Source: Phoronis australis (Eukaryota; Animalia; Phoronida). Taken from it: 64,000 bases of DNA. Positions 1-13,800 of this stretch are shown here, in pieces (position 1 is the first letter of the stretch; each line of letters begins with the position of its first letter). Below the pieces are notes generated by a model. It had not been told where the DNA came from and did not search any database. It saw nothing but the letters and a program-made list of their open reading frames with translations. The stretch covers positions 370,229-434,228 of the forward strand of contig NMRA01000158.1 in assembly GCA_002633005.1 (NCBI GenBank), given 5' to 3'. Made by a program: the position numbers and the translations under genes.

Positions 1-489
1 AATTCTTAAAATCGGAATAGAGGAGTAAAAATTATATAGACTTGGGTTCGTGAATTTTCAAAAGTGGTCAAGCAATAGGAATTTTGTCAAAAAATTCAAC
101 CCTTGAACTATTCATAGGAAAGAGGAAGGTACATGGCTTGTCAGCTAATTTTACACATGACTAAATATCAATAGGAAGAATTCCAGGCGATTCAATCAAC
201 CAATTTCAATTGAACAATTGAAGAACAAAATGTATCTTGGCTTTGCAAAGACAAATACATTTGTGAAGATTGAAGTCAGTGTTTTTAACACTAGGGGTTT
301 TTAACGGCTTTAAGTTTTAGGAAGAATTTTTTAAAAAGGCACAANGAATTACACGAAACTTAAAACTGCCTTGGCAGTGACTTTGGTCACAACAAGGATT
401 TAGACCACTTATGCCTTTATAAAACTGGGTCTGAAATTGTTCCTCAATCAATATAATTGTAAGTGTGGACTTACCGTAGAAACAGGTCT

Positions 490-702
490 TCTTCTCTTTC
501 AAGAGGATTTTTTCTTTTTTGGTTTCGATTTCGTCTTATTTGACTTTCTAGTATCCTTTTTTCGTCGCTCATTTTTATCATTATTTTTTACTTTATTCAT
601 GCAAAGACATTTATTTCAGTTGAATCTCATAACACAAAAAAATTTTGTCCCAAACTAAACTTATTTGTGGAACGGTACTATACCTGGTCATTCCAAGCCC
701 TG
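490..702 (+). repeat. interspersed repeat, copy 1 of 3 (others at about 18925-19201 and 34410-34627)
   Basis: Shared ctcttt(c)aagaggattt...ttttggtttcgattt...ttcatgcaaa...ttatttcagtt...ggtcattccaa.ccctg. Confidence 0.8.
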
Positions 703-1859
703 TAGAAAGCATAGAGAATAATGCTTGAGACCAGACTTTATGAGTGCCTGTCATTTTATTCACCAAGATTACCTTCTAGAGGAGTCGGTAACCACCATTA
801 TTTCTTTACAAGATCAAAAATCACTTCTCATCTGAGTAATGAGAAATTTATTTGCCACCTCCTATTTTATAAGGGGAAGTTGTTTGACAGCAATAAAATC
901 AATCTTATCTCATTCCTTGCTCGGAATAGAAACAATTTCTAGGCTAAGAAGTTTATCAGCAACACGCTTTGTCACTCATGCTGTAAACACGCCTTTAAAT
1001 AAGGTTTGGAAAAATCTGTTGAATTTCATGTGGTCCGACCCAGTGGTCCTTCACCTTCTATCCACATTCCAGTTCCACTAGGGTTACGGCTAGTTGTTGA
1101 TGAAGTGACTCTTCTCTAAGGGTCACATGGTGAGGGTGACTACTGTTTCTCATCAGATTTATATCTAAACAGAAGGCTATAAGCATCCAGATTGTATTTT
1201 TCCATTTCCGTTTTGGGACGTGAAAACCGATGGAATTCTTAAAATCGGAATAGAGGAGTAAAAATTATATAGACTTGGGTTCGTGAATTTTCAAAAGTGG
1301 TCAAGCAATAGGAATTTTGTCAAAAAATTCAACCCTTGAACTATTCATAGGAAAGAGGAAGGTACATGGCTTGTCAGCTAATTTTACACATGACTAAATA
1401 TCAATAGGAAGAATTCCAGGCGATTCAATCAACCAATTTCAATTGAACAATTGAAGAACAAAATGTATCTTGGCTTTGCAAAGACAAATACATTTGTGAA
1501 GATTGAAGTCAGTGTTTTTAACACTAGGGGTTTTTAACGGCTTTAAGTTTTAGGAAGAATTTTTTAAAAAGGCACAAGATGAGGCGAGACTATGTGACAT
1601 AAGTACTACACTTGGAAGTGGTTGTACTAGTTGCCATAGCGACATTCCCCCAGTCGCGCTTACCATTCATATTGACTGCAGAAAACAAAAATTGTTCTCT
1701 GTGAAACTCAGGAAAATTCATGTGGAAAACGAAAACACGATATCCCTCAGCGGGAACCGTGTGCTTGAATCCTTAAAAAGTTTAGGTCGTTTACCCTGCT
1801 CAAGAAATACCTTATGTTGGCCTTTTGTAAAGAGTATACATACAGCACTGTTACTTCAG

Positions 1860-2047
1860 GTTATGATGACGAGTATCAGAAGAACCACTTGCAGTGTGAT
1901 CACAACACTAAACTTCAACATGACCAAGTGTGTGCCTTTAATGTGTCCAGCCACTTCAACTTCGGTGCTACATCACCTGGTTGCACAGCTGATACAGAAT
2001 ACGGGTACAAGGATGGTCAACCGTGCATCATCCTCAAGCTCAATAGG
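1860..2047 (+). CDS. ATP1B: Na+/K+-ATPase beta subunit, internal exon (5' exons not identified in window)
   Basis: ttcag acceptor and gtgggt donor; encodes CDHNTKLQHDQVC...GCTADTEYGYKDGQPCIILKLNR, matching the beta-subunit YGYxxGxPCIxxKLNR signature. Confidence 0.9.
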
Positions 2048-2695
2048 GTGGGTACCTGTATAAATGAAGCAGTTTTTTATTGATTGACAGTGAATGTATT
2101 TACTTTTAACATCACATGAGGCAATTAAGGGTTTCCCCTACCCCCAACCAACTATGTTATCTGCATTTTTTTATCGTAATACAATGAGTTGTTTTTTTAC
2201 CTGGAAAAATTGAATATTTATGGATACCGACAATGAGGCCCAGGTACCTGGTCTCCACCCCCCTTCAACGTATGGTCGAAGAACAAAAATTGCAATTCTA
2301 CCTGTCACTGATTTCTTTAGGGCTTTTCTGATTGTTTGTTCTTTAGAGTGGTCAGGTCCTAATTGCACCGGACATTCAAAATCTTTAGGAAATCCTTGCT
2401 TACTGTCTTTATATCCGTATCAACAGAGTGAGGATGGGGTGAGGGAAAACAAAACTCTATAAGGTTGCTCTAGCCACTGTTATTAATAACTTACAGTTAT
2501 ACTTCTTAAAGGAACGAAAGTATTATCTATTTACAGTAAAACGACTTATCTAGGGGCACCACTGACCCGTTCTTTAGTAAAATTTGTAAATTATAGAACT
2601 ATAAGCTCTGCCTCTCTTTTCACCCTTTGTCCCTTTTGTGACAAGCTTCAAGTTGTAAAATTCTTACCAACTGTGTTTGTTTGGCGGGTGGGCAG

Positions 2696-2854
2696 ATTTT
2701 CAACTGGGTTCCTGAACTCTTTGACAACAAGGCAACATTGAGCCATTTAAAGAACGTGCCGAAGAAACTGCAGAAAGATTTTGACAAGCACGCCCCTCTC
2801 ATTTCGGGCACAAACTACACTGCTCATGTCGTGCCTGTTACCTGCTCAGCTGAG
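2696..2854 (+). CDS. ATP1B: Na+/K+-ATPase beta subunit, penultimate coding exon
   Basis: ggcag|IFNWVPE...VPVTCSAE|gtttgt; phase 0/0, continues KLNR-IFNWVP as in the family. Confidence 0.88.
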
Positions 2855-4311
2855 GTTTGTTGTCTTTTTTGGCATTATTTATGAGCACTCGAAGTTATAT
2901 TTAGAATGTTGCAGACTTCACCAGTACCAACTTCCAGCAATAGAATTCACATACCACAATCTGTCTTCTCTTTCACCTATTAATTCTTAAAATATTAGAA
3001 AAATAATGTTTTTCTATAAAAATGTTCAACATTATTTCAACCATAAATTACGAATGATGAAATAAAATATTTGACAGATGTTTATGCAACAGTTTGACAA
3101 AACGGCATTCCACTTATCGGTCTATACCGTCCTTAATCAAAGACCTTTTGCCTTAAATGCGTCCTAGAAAGTTTTGTTTCTTTGCTTAACCAGGTGCGAG
3201 TGGCCACTAGGTTTTGCAAGTGAAACAGGCGAGGTCAAGGAATGCCGCATCCTGTGGTTATAATTTTTTCCCGGCCATGTATTAGTACAAAGTGGGGACA
3301 TAGTGTTCATGTTATGTTGTTGAAGACATATCTCAAGATTAAAAATTTGCTCAATTGGAAATTGTTATCATTTTTCTGGCATTAACAAGAAGTAGTGTAG
3401 AGTTGATGATAGAATGCCCTTTTGTCATACAAAGTTGTTAGAGGTATACTTCCAGGAACGAATCTCAAACATAACGTTCTTATTTCAAAAATTTTTGGAA
3501 CTGTATTTCCGATATGCTGGAAATAATGTGTTGCAAGTCCGGCATATTCAACTAGTTTATCTTTACACAAAAATTTCATTAGCAAATGAAATAGTCTGAA
3601 AAATGTGCCAAATTGTGATTAGGTTTGGGGAACATGAAAATTTTTAGTACTGCTGGGAACTCCTCCTTTTGTTAAGCAAGCAACATTTTATTTATGACCA
3701 CTGAACCTTTTAAAACTGATCTCAACTTCTTTACTCAAAATAAAAGTGTTTTCCGGGCTTAGGGATTGGGGTGTTGTTCTTGCTTGTAAATCTTCAACCT
3801 AGTAAAGCTTTGTCTTATATCTTCCTCCAAAAAATGTATCTCAAGAATTGGGTATCAGAATTCAAATGAAACCTTCCTTTGCTAAGATTTTATGTAATAT
3901 TTTACCAAATGCTTTTAGACAGTATTGTAAATAGGCTATCGCTGAAAGTTGGGTTAAAACCTGATTTTGATGACAAAGTTTAATGTGGCATAAAACGAAA
4001 ATGAGAACATAATTTAGAAAACTGCCCAATCATTGTTGAATTCTTCTTGAATTTTTTATGTCAAAAGCAATTTGGTCAATTTATTGATACCCTTGTTTTT
4101 CTAAGTACTTACCTTACATGTGCTATCCAAGTAGTGATGCTTGAAATTGATGTCAACGGGCTTCCCAGTTTCATAAACCATATACCTTTACTAAGTTAAT
4201 ATTCAATCATTTTAGATGTTTAGATATTTGAATATGTTCACAAACTGTGTTGATAACATTAGTCCTAACCACTGAGGACTAGGTTACATTATATGACTCT
4301 ATGACTTTCAG

Positions 4312-4560
4312 TTTGAGAATAAGACGACATACGACTTGAAGTACCAGATATTTGGAAAAGGCTTCCCCAAGCAGTACTACCCATTCCATAACCAAAAGGG
4401 ATATCTCAGTCCATTTGTTTGGTGCCAGTTCATGAATCTACCAAAAGGACAAGTTTTGATAATATGGTGCAGAGCCTGGGCCAAAAACATTGTCAACCTG
4501 GACTTGGACTCAAAATCTGTAATCCGTGGGGCCGTATTGATCAAGATGATTATGTACTAA
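4312..4560 (+). CDS. ATP1B: Na+/K+-ATPase beta subunit, last coding exon
   Basis: tttcag|FENK...GFPKQYYPFHNQKGYLSP...IWCRAWAKNI...IMY*; YYPF..N..GYLSP and CRAWAKNI motifs; six ectodomain Cys across the three exons. Confidence 0.92.
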   Translation, partial: FENKTTYDLKYQIFGKGFPKQYYPFHNQKGYLSPFVWCQFMNLPKGQVLIIWCRAWAKNIVNLDLDSKSVIRGAVLIKMIMY

Positions 4561-4694
4561 TTGTTTTTAATTTCTTTTGCCTGTGTGTGTGCCATTCACC
4601 TGTTTGTGGTATAATTAATTTGACTCATTGCTATTTTCAAAAAATGTTTGTATAAGCACCTGTGTTTTTTGTATTGAGTATTTTCCTTGATAAT

Positions 4695-4700
4695 AATAAA
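4695..4700 (+). terminator. probable polyadenylation signal of ATP1B
   Basis: AATAAA about 135 nt after the stop codon. Confidence 0.5.
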
Positions 4701-5319
4701 ATGAAGTTAATTAACACTGGTTTTTCATTCAGAAAAAATATGTACGGTTTAAAGTCTGATGGATTAATACTACCTGTCAGTAACTGGCATAGTCTGAAAA
4801 AAACAGCCCTTGTTTAATTTAATGCGGTACTGATATGCATCTGGTAGGTAGGCAATAGAAAGCCCAGTCATAGACTAGAGCTTCCAAGTATCACTTTATA
4901 AGTTGCTGAGCACATGCCTACTAATGACAAGTGATTTAAAACTGAAAATTTCTCATTGGCTACAAGTCAGTGATTTTTCAAACAAAAATTCGATGAAGTG
5001 AGTTTTGTCGTAAAGCTTCTCACCTGCGTCACATAAGCCATTATTAAGTGAATATCGTCACATTTTCTGATGATGTGTTAGCAATGCCTTTTCAATTCAG
5101 TCAGAAGTGTCAGTAATAGACTATATTCTCCCCACATCAGAACCAGCTCCTTTAAGTGGGGCACTGCTTAGTCTCATGGTTGATCCGGCCCTCGGTAAAA
5201 GTTTTCCCAGAAACCTCATTTTCAGTTGCAAAACCTTCCTTACAATACGCTTCTCGGCAACAAGCGCGGGTCTCTGTTCAGTGCTATATTGCGCCAAAGA
5301 TTCCGGAAATTTTCCCTTA

Positions 5320-5656
5320 CATAGGCGGATTTACGGGGGCCCCGCCCCCTCCCCTTTGGCTCAGTGCCGGAAAAAATAAAACGGCCATAGCGTGAAAAAA
5401 TATTGAGTTTATTAACTAACCGCGGTAATTAACATGCGGCTGAATTAAGATTTAACAAGTTTCAGTTTGTGAGGGGTGGGCCGGTGCCCTCGCAATAAGC
5501 TTCCGTTTTTTTGTTTTTTTTTTCAGTTGTGAATAACCTCAGAAATTCGAGCCCCCACCTATATTTTAGACTGGGTGCGCCGCGCAATATTGATTTCTGC
5601 GATTCGCCTAGACACAATGTTGCCTTCTCCCTTATGATATCCTAGATCCGCCACTG
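5320..5656. mobile_element. MITE with CA...TG ends and 5-bp TSD CCTTA (second copy at 6015-6353 within the duplicated block)
   Basis: cctta|cataggcggattta...tagatccgccactg|cctta. Confidence 0.8.
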
Positions 5657-7382
5657 CCTTATTCTTATTGCTGTATATCTTCGGTCCCGGTTTTTGGCCT
5701 ATATGTTAATGTATGTGTTAAAACAGATATTGAAAAATGACAGCTCCCATTTTGTCCGCTGAAACAACTTGAATAACGTTCTGTATGAAGTTCGTACGAT
5801 TACATTAATGACAGATGGTGATTTAAATGATAAGTTATCGTCGTGATATGATGTATTTAAACATTTTTGTCCGTTCAAGATTTTGTTCTGCGTGGCCTTT
5901 TTCGCCTAATTTGTATCGTGGAAATCTATTATATCAGCTTACTTTTATTGTTGAATNAGCGCGGGTCTCTGTTCAATGCTATATTGCGCCAAAGATTCCG
6001 TAAATTTTCCCTTACATAGGCGGATTTACGGGGGCCCCGCCCCCCCCCCCTTTGGCTCAGTGCCGGAAAAAAGTAAAACGGCCATAGCGTGAGGAAATAT
6101 TGAGTTTATTAACTAACCGCGGTAATTAACATGCGGCTGAATTAAGATTTAACAAGCTTCAGTTTGTGTGGGGTGGGCCGGTGCCCTCGCAATAAGCTTC
6201 CGTTTTTTGTTTTTTTTTTTCAGTTGTGAATAACCTCAGAAATTCGAGCCCACACCTATATTTTAGACTGGGTGCGCCGCGCAATCTAGCTTTCTGCGAT
6301 TCGCCGAGACACAATGTTGCCTTCTCCCTTATGATATCCTAGATCCGCCACTGCCTTATTCTTATTGCTGTATATCGTCGGTCCCGGTTTTTGGCCTATA
6401 TGTTAATGTATGTGTTAAAACAGATATAGAAAAATGACAGCTCCCATTTTGTCCGCTGAAACAACTTGAATAACGTTCTGTATGAAGTTCGTACGATTAC
6501 ATTAATGACAAATGGTGATTTAAGTGATAAGTTATCGTCGTGATATGATGTATTTAAACATTTTTGTCCGTTCAAGATTTTGTTCTGCGTGGCCTTTTTC
6601 GCCTAATTTGTATCGTGGAAATCTATTATATCAGCTTACTTTTATTGTTGAATTAATTCTTGTTTTTACTCTACAAAAAGTTTGAGCAGAAAGTCATTTT
6701 CTGCATTTTTGCCAAGTCTTTCATGTATTTTGGACTTGAGAAATCCGGATTAATTCTTTTTTTTTTTAGCACTGACGTGGTCCAACAATCATCATGTCTC
6801 GTGTAAACTAGGGTCAGAAAGGGCAGCCTTCTAGAGGTTTCACAGGCTATGAAACCTCTAGAATGCTCACGAGCGATAAATGTATTCTAGGTATGGTTTT
6901 CAATAAATTTCCACGATGGTTTCTATTATGGTGGCAAAAAATAACACTTGAAAACTGTGTTGGTTCAAGTTTTGTGATGAAGCCCTATCAAAATATGGAA
7001 ACCGTTGACATTTTGCAAGAACTCAAGCTAGTAAATATTTTGAAAGAGAATTGCCGTTTCAACAACTCAGGGATAGCTAACAAGGTTACATCTTGAAGTT
7101 GACGTCAACGTTCAGCCATTAATGTTGAATTCCGAAGCGTTCGGGTTTAAAAACATCAAATGGCTCCGATCTTGAATTATTAGCGAAGGAATTGACAAAA
7201 AAGCTTAATAATTATTAGAAAATCCGCATTTTAAGAGAAAGGCAAATTAATCACAAACACATCAAGAGTCGAAATGCAATCACACATTTCAAACTGTCTC
7301 ACTTGAATGACATCTTTGCTCAGCTTTTTCCATCCTTATCCAACTTTTTATTTTTGCTCATCTGAGGGTCACACCCCAAATA

Positions 7383-7677
7383 CAATGGCGGATCCAGGAT
7401 TTTGAGTTAGGGGGGACAACACAGGAATAACCAGAATTTCGCCTCATGCGCGCGACCAGCCTAAAATGTAGGGATGTTGGGGGTCTCGAAATTTTGGGTT
7501 TGTGTACCTTATTACTAAAAAAAACGGGGTTTGTTCGAGGCATACGCATTGTGCATTCGCCTCCCGAGCCCTCGTGGCTGCGCGCATACACTAGTCAGCA
7601 CCCCGGAATGCCAAATGGAATCTGGGAGAATTCTAGGGGCCATGGCTCCCTTGCTCCCCTCTCTAAATCCGCCTCTG
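7383..7677 (+). mobile_element. MITE with GGCGGAT termini and 5-bp TSD AAATA
   Basis: aaata|caatggcggatccagg...ctaaatccgcctctg|aaata; shares internal ccaaatggaatctgggagaatt with 20282-20444. Confidence 0.82.
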
Positions 7678-10600
7678 AAATACCCCCCAAGCATGTGGCC
7701 TTCGTTGTTATGCTTTTAGTTTCAATTATCGGTGTCCTGGCAAACGTAACGTCGACACAGCCATGTTATAAATGCAGAGTACTTACTGGGTGATGGATCC
7801 ACAGAAGCTGAAGGTAATCTGTGACAGGCGTTCTCACTTGTTCAGGCACTCCACACAATATATTATATTATAAAAGTTCCACAATATATAAGTAGTGGTA
7901 GTGGTAGCGGTAGTGGTTAACTGCTGGGTTTTCTTAGCATTATTAACTACCGTTCTTCGCGGTCGATTCTAGGATCACTGACATGGATCTTGAAGCGTGT
8001 TCATGCATCCTGGTGATTTTTTTCAAAATGTTTTTCAAATTATTCGGGCCAATATTTTTAAAGAGCATCATCAATATTTTGGCCCAAAATAGCCCATGTT
8101 TAGTTCACATAGGTAAAGTAAGTAAAGCAGTTTTAAACGGTGCAAATGAAAGGTAGAGAAAAAAATGTTTACAATATTTTTGTAATCTCTATCACAAGAT
8201 AGTCTTTTCACTTTTAAAGAGGTTCCCACCTAAATTGGAGCTCAAAAATGTGGTAAATTTTTTCCCATTTTTGTGTTAAGCCATTTATGCTTTGGGGGCC
8301 AATTCGTGGGATGCTGGTGATTTCAAATAACGTTTTCTTGTTAGTTTTCTGTATGACTAGGAAACTAAAAAAATAAAAATGGGCTTTTTGTTTGTTTTCA
8401 ACTAGCCCGGATGGAAAGAACATATGATCTCGTTCTTGCTTTCGGGCATTCGGCAGTTGTAACTCGTGAACCCCATCAAGGTGCTTCATTATTTTTTTGC
8501 AAATATATTTCTATGACTATGACAATGGTGTGCGTCTATTTTTTATGATTTGATGGTAGCCCCCGTGGTTGTGATTTCTATAACTTGATTTCTTCGGTGA
8601 AAGTTCATAAATTTGGTCGAATTGCTTCTATCCAGGAAACAGTTGCACATGCTTGTTTTCGAATGATTCTAACCTGTGCTGTCCCACCATATATTTAACT
8701 TGTGCCCACCTCCACCTCCCCCAGCTGATGTTGTGCCCTCATATTAACGTGTAGTTTCCCGCGGCGATCTACACTCATTCCTAGTCGAGGTGAGGGTTTC
8801 TTCCCGTGTTACACCGGACTGGATTTCTCATGTTACTTTTATAAATCATAGAGAATGGTTTTGGCGAATCGTCTTTTTTTCAAACCCAATGAAGCGCAAT
8901 TTGTAATAGATATCCCCTGGTAGCTATACTGGTACTTATCAAGCTCATTACCGTCTTGGGACGGTCCACCTTTGTGCGACAGTGACAATAGGAAATCTGT
9001 TCGTTATAACAAAATTTTGTTTAAATGCTATTAGTTCCATTTCTCGGAGTCGAATGACAGCGGAAAAAGTCAAAATAGTATTACTTGTTACGTTAAATTT
9101 GCGGAAAAAAGAAATTGCTTGAACTGCACGCGTGACGTCTACAGTAATATATTAAAAAATTTGCATGTGTTAGCGCAAAACTTCTACTTTTGAGCACGTG
9201 GAGTATCAGAGAACTGGGAGGTTTCTATTTTTGAAAAATTCGCAAACTTGAAGAAGAAATTTAAATTCAGTAGCGCTCAAAATTTTGAATTTATACTCTG
9301 TCAAGACAATGAATCACGACTTCGACTTGTTTTCGGAACTGAGCTTGGAGTTGTACCGTGGCTGATTGATCACTTCTGAAATTCTGACCCCCATACCTTT
9401 GTGAGTTTTCTTGGGATATCCCAGGTCGGCAATGGTCACTTTCAGGATCCCGAATTTTTAGAATCAGAGTTTAATGCTGGTTATTCATTGGAGAAAACTG
9501 GTTCTCAAACTGCAGGGCCCCAAAAAGTGACTGTTATCCCCCAAGTCGATTCCTTTCTCCGAAAGACGGCGTTAACGGTCTGCTGTGGTGATCGAAAAAA
9601 AGTCGTTGCTGGTTCAACTCGTTTTTGCCCCGGTGAGTTGGCTGCATGAAAAAATTACTTTACGGGACAACTTCGAGTACGTGCAAATTATAAGAAATAT
9701 TTCAACTGTGGCTGAATGAATTACAAATGAATTTAAATAGGACCATACGAAACAACACAAACCTTGCCAGCTAGGGTCATTATTAGGGAGGGTTTCGAGT
9801 GCTTTCACCGGGCGGCAAAACATGTAAGTATCGTAAATATCTTTTACAAGAATAGATTAATTCAAAATAAAAATAGCCGAGTTGGTTCTGGTCACCGCCG
9901 AATGATTTTTGAAACATGTGCCTCAGAGTGAACTCTCTCACCCGCATCACTTTTAATTTAAGGTCGGTCCGATTCCTGTTTTATAATTCTTTTAGAAGTG
10001 GCAGCTTGGAAGCAAAATGACCTCTTTTATTTTTATGAATTGATTATAAACTGTTAGCATCGTCCCCTCCTCCATAAACCCGAAGTGAATCGAGCGGCGC
10101 TGAGAAAAATTTCCCATCGGCCGTACCTTATATCGAGTGACTTGTTTTGAAAAAATATACAAATACAAAAATATCATCTCGAACAACAGATCAGAACCAA
10201 TTATCGGTATCCTGTTTTTCGCTTATATAGCTGCACAGATAGAGCTTCTTAACCTCACGGAAGGCTTTTGTGCCGTATGTGACCCTCTACTTGGTCGGTG
10301 ACATAGTTTGAATCTCTGTGCGACAATGCGTTCACCTGTGTCACGTGATCTGGGGACAGGTAACTTGTAACAGCTTTGTTGCTTACCACCCCCGTGATTC
10401 ACAAATTTAAATTTTCGTTCTGCATCTCATCAGACAAACAAAATCGACCTTCAAATACCAAATCCACCAACAGAGAGTGCATAAATATCTTTCGAGTTGT
10501 TAACGCTGTGTTATCGTTATCGAAAAAACACCGACCTGTACGCGAGGGAGTGTTTTACGACAGCCTTTAACAATGACTGTATCAGCCATTTTGAAACTGA

Positions 10601-10852
10601 GATACGATCGGTCCATTACTGTCAGTTCTCGGTAGGCTCATATTGTTGTTTTAACGGTTTTGTTCGCGTAAAAGAGAAATATATCGCCAGCTACCCTCGC
10701 ATGGAAATGATCGACGTAACTTAGTCGTAGAGTTAACGTAGTCTGGACATGGACGAAGTTGTAGCGTGTGAGCTCGAGGGACACCTGTTCTAACGAACGG
10801 ATGCTGGTGAAGTTTTATTACCTGGCTGTTTGATGCCGTTGTTGTGTGAGGG

Positions 10853-13800
10853 ATGATCGTCATGGGGCAGCTTTGGTGGTTAAAAGCGTCACTAGTCTTG
10901 GCCATAGTGCCTCATTGTGTATCGCTGGACGTACACATATCAATGAATATGAGAATCGGAACTGTTGTGGCCGACGTCAGTCTGGGCCCTGAATGGACGT
11001 ACGCGGTTGACAGGTTGAAGTCTCGTGGAATTTTTACACCATTGAAATTAACAGCCAGTGGAATGTTAAGGTTTGCTGGCTGGAAAAGCTGCAAAAGTTT
11101 GCATCAGAACCCTACAACCATCTATATTAACGCTGTTTCTAAAGCAGATCTTAGCTACGTTGTCATTCCTGTGAATGTGTATTTTCATGGGAATTTATGC
11201 AAGACGCCAGTCTCTAAAAAATCAAAGGAAATAATCATATCGACTCATTATGACATTGATCGAGGGTCGTGTGTTGATGAAAAGTTTAAGTTGTTTTCTG
11301 TGAACAAGTTTATTCCATTATCTCTCAGACATTCAAAATTCCACTACAGCACTGTCAATACAAACTTCTCCATCGATTCAGCATCGGGAGACATTCACAC
11401 TGCAACATCTCTTTGTATGTTGACTGGCTTGTGGAAAATTGATATTGAACTGTATTCGCGAAGTTCTAGTGTTGGAACTTTGCAGCTCACCGTTTTGATA
11501 TGGCCGTCAGAAAAGTATGTACATTCTACTTCAATACGAAGAAAAGCCTACCAAGTTGTGAGGCGCCTTCGTAGGGGCACAAATAATCATAGTCCGTCAT
11601 TTTCTACCAGCCAATACCAGGGGAGTATCGACGAAGGACGGCCTGCTGGTACATCTGTTGTGCGCATTATGGCCAGGGACAACGATTATACTGATGCTAA
11701 TGGTCACCTTGTGTATAGTATGACTGCCCTCAGAGATGGTAGGAGCCAGAATATGTTTGAAATAAACCCCTCTTCAGGCTGGATCACAACAAAAGTGGTG
11801 CTGGACAGAGAACTTATGCCTGAACACCATTTTCAGATATTGGCTGAGGATGATGGTAGTCCTAGGCGTACTGGTACCACCTCCCTTGTAATTACAGTGA
11901 CGGATATTAATGACAATAAGCCAGAGTTTGAAGAGACGAGATACTTTCATTCTGTGCCTGAGAACATTCAGGTTGGCTCTACAGTTCTCACTGTGCGTGC
12001 TAGTGATGGTGATGAAGGCGACAACCGAGTCATAAGTTACCGCATTGCTAACCCACAGCCTCCGAATGACGTCTTCCTTATTGGCAGTACAGGATCAATT
12101 AAATTAGTCAAGCCTCTGGATCGGGAAAAACATGATTCCTATACCATGACTGTTTTAGCTGTTGATAATGCCGCAAATCCATCTCAGAGAAAGACGGGTA
12201 CCACTACAGTCACCATCAGCGTGTCAGATGTCAATGACAATGTTCCACAGTTTAGTCAAACATCTTACACATTTTTTGTGTCCGAAGGGCTCGACCCTTC
12301 TGCAGGGTCTTCGCAATCTCTCATTGGCAGAATTCGCGCCACTGATAAAGATGCGGGCCAAAATGGTATAGTGCATTATTCTATATACAGTGGAAATGGA
12401 GACAAAAATTTTCGTATTACCCAGACTACAGGCGACCTTCTGCTCAGCAGGCAACTGGACCGGGAATTCCAAGACACTTACTCTCTCACTGTGAAGGCAA
12501 CTGATTTGGGGTCCCCTTTTGGCAACTTTAATCTAAGTGTTGTCTTAATTAAAGTGACTGACATCAATGATGAAACACCTGCCTTTGGTCAAGATATTTT
12601 CTCAGGTATTGTCTCGGAGAATTGTGCAAACAACACCGAAGTCGTGGAAGTGCAAGCCATTGATGGGGACACTGGGGAAAATGGACGTATCACATACACT
12701 ATCATCGGTGCCCCTGCTGACAGTCCATTCTTTGTGGACAGGAACGGAATGCTCAAGACGAAGGCCACTGTTGATCGGGAGAAGCATGCTCAATATTCTT
12801 TTCAGGTGAGGGCATCTGACAATGGCGTCCCGAAGAAATCCGCCACTGCACGAGTCCAGATCACAGTCTTAGACGAAAATGACGAAGCTCCAGTTTTTTC
12901 TCAGAGGCTTTATGAAGCTCAGGTGTTAGAGACTGCGCCCATGGGCAAATCAGTCTTGTCTGTATCAGCTAGAGATAAAGATTCTGGTTTGAATGGGAGG
13001 GTGCAATACTCCATTACCTCTGGAAATGTGGGGAATGCGTTCAAAATCCGCACGTCCAGTGGTGCTGGTCAAATCATTGTCAACCGGCCACTGAACTACA
13101 AGATTACCAATCGTTACTCTCTCTTCATTAAAGCATTTGATCGAAGTAATAACCAAGACACAGTAAATGCAATAATCAAAGTGGTAGACGAGAACAATCA
13201 CGCTCCACGGTTCCAGAGCTTTCAGTATCATACAGCGGTCAATGAAAATCTCAGAACAGGTACCAGTATTTTCCGGGTATCGGCCGAGGATGCTGATGAT
13301 GGAGACAATGGCAGGGTGACGTACAAGATGTTCAACAGTCCACACTTTAGAATCGATCAGGACACCGGCGAGATCAGTGTTGTTGGTAACCTGGACAGAG
13401 AGTCTCAACAGTCTTATGCCATCCAGCTTATAGCTGAGGATAACGGCACACCAAAAAAGTCTGGCCAGTCTACTTTAGAGATCCTGGTGAATGACGTCAA
13501 TGATAACCCTCCTAAATTTGAAAAGGACCAGTACCGCGCACACGTCCCAGAGAGTGCCTTCATTGACACAAGTGTCATAAAAATCCATGCCACAGATGCT
13601 GACCAATCTGGGCTGCTGAACAGCCAGTTGTATTACACCTTCCAGAATGGGGACAATGGTGGTGGACATTTTCGTATCGACCCTACCGACGGCACAATTA
13701 GAGTGTCGGCGCGTCTCGATCGTGAAACAATAGCGAGCTATAACTTAAAAGCTTTCGCTATTGACAGAGGTACTCCAGAACTTAGCTCTTCAGTCATCAT

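Noticed and set aside
437-658. Hydrophobic short ORFs at 437, 18998 and 34384 as a small membrane-protein family
   Set aside because: They are translations of one T-rich interspersed repeat and lack consistent starts and stops
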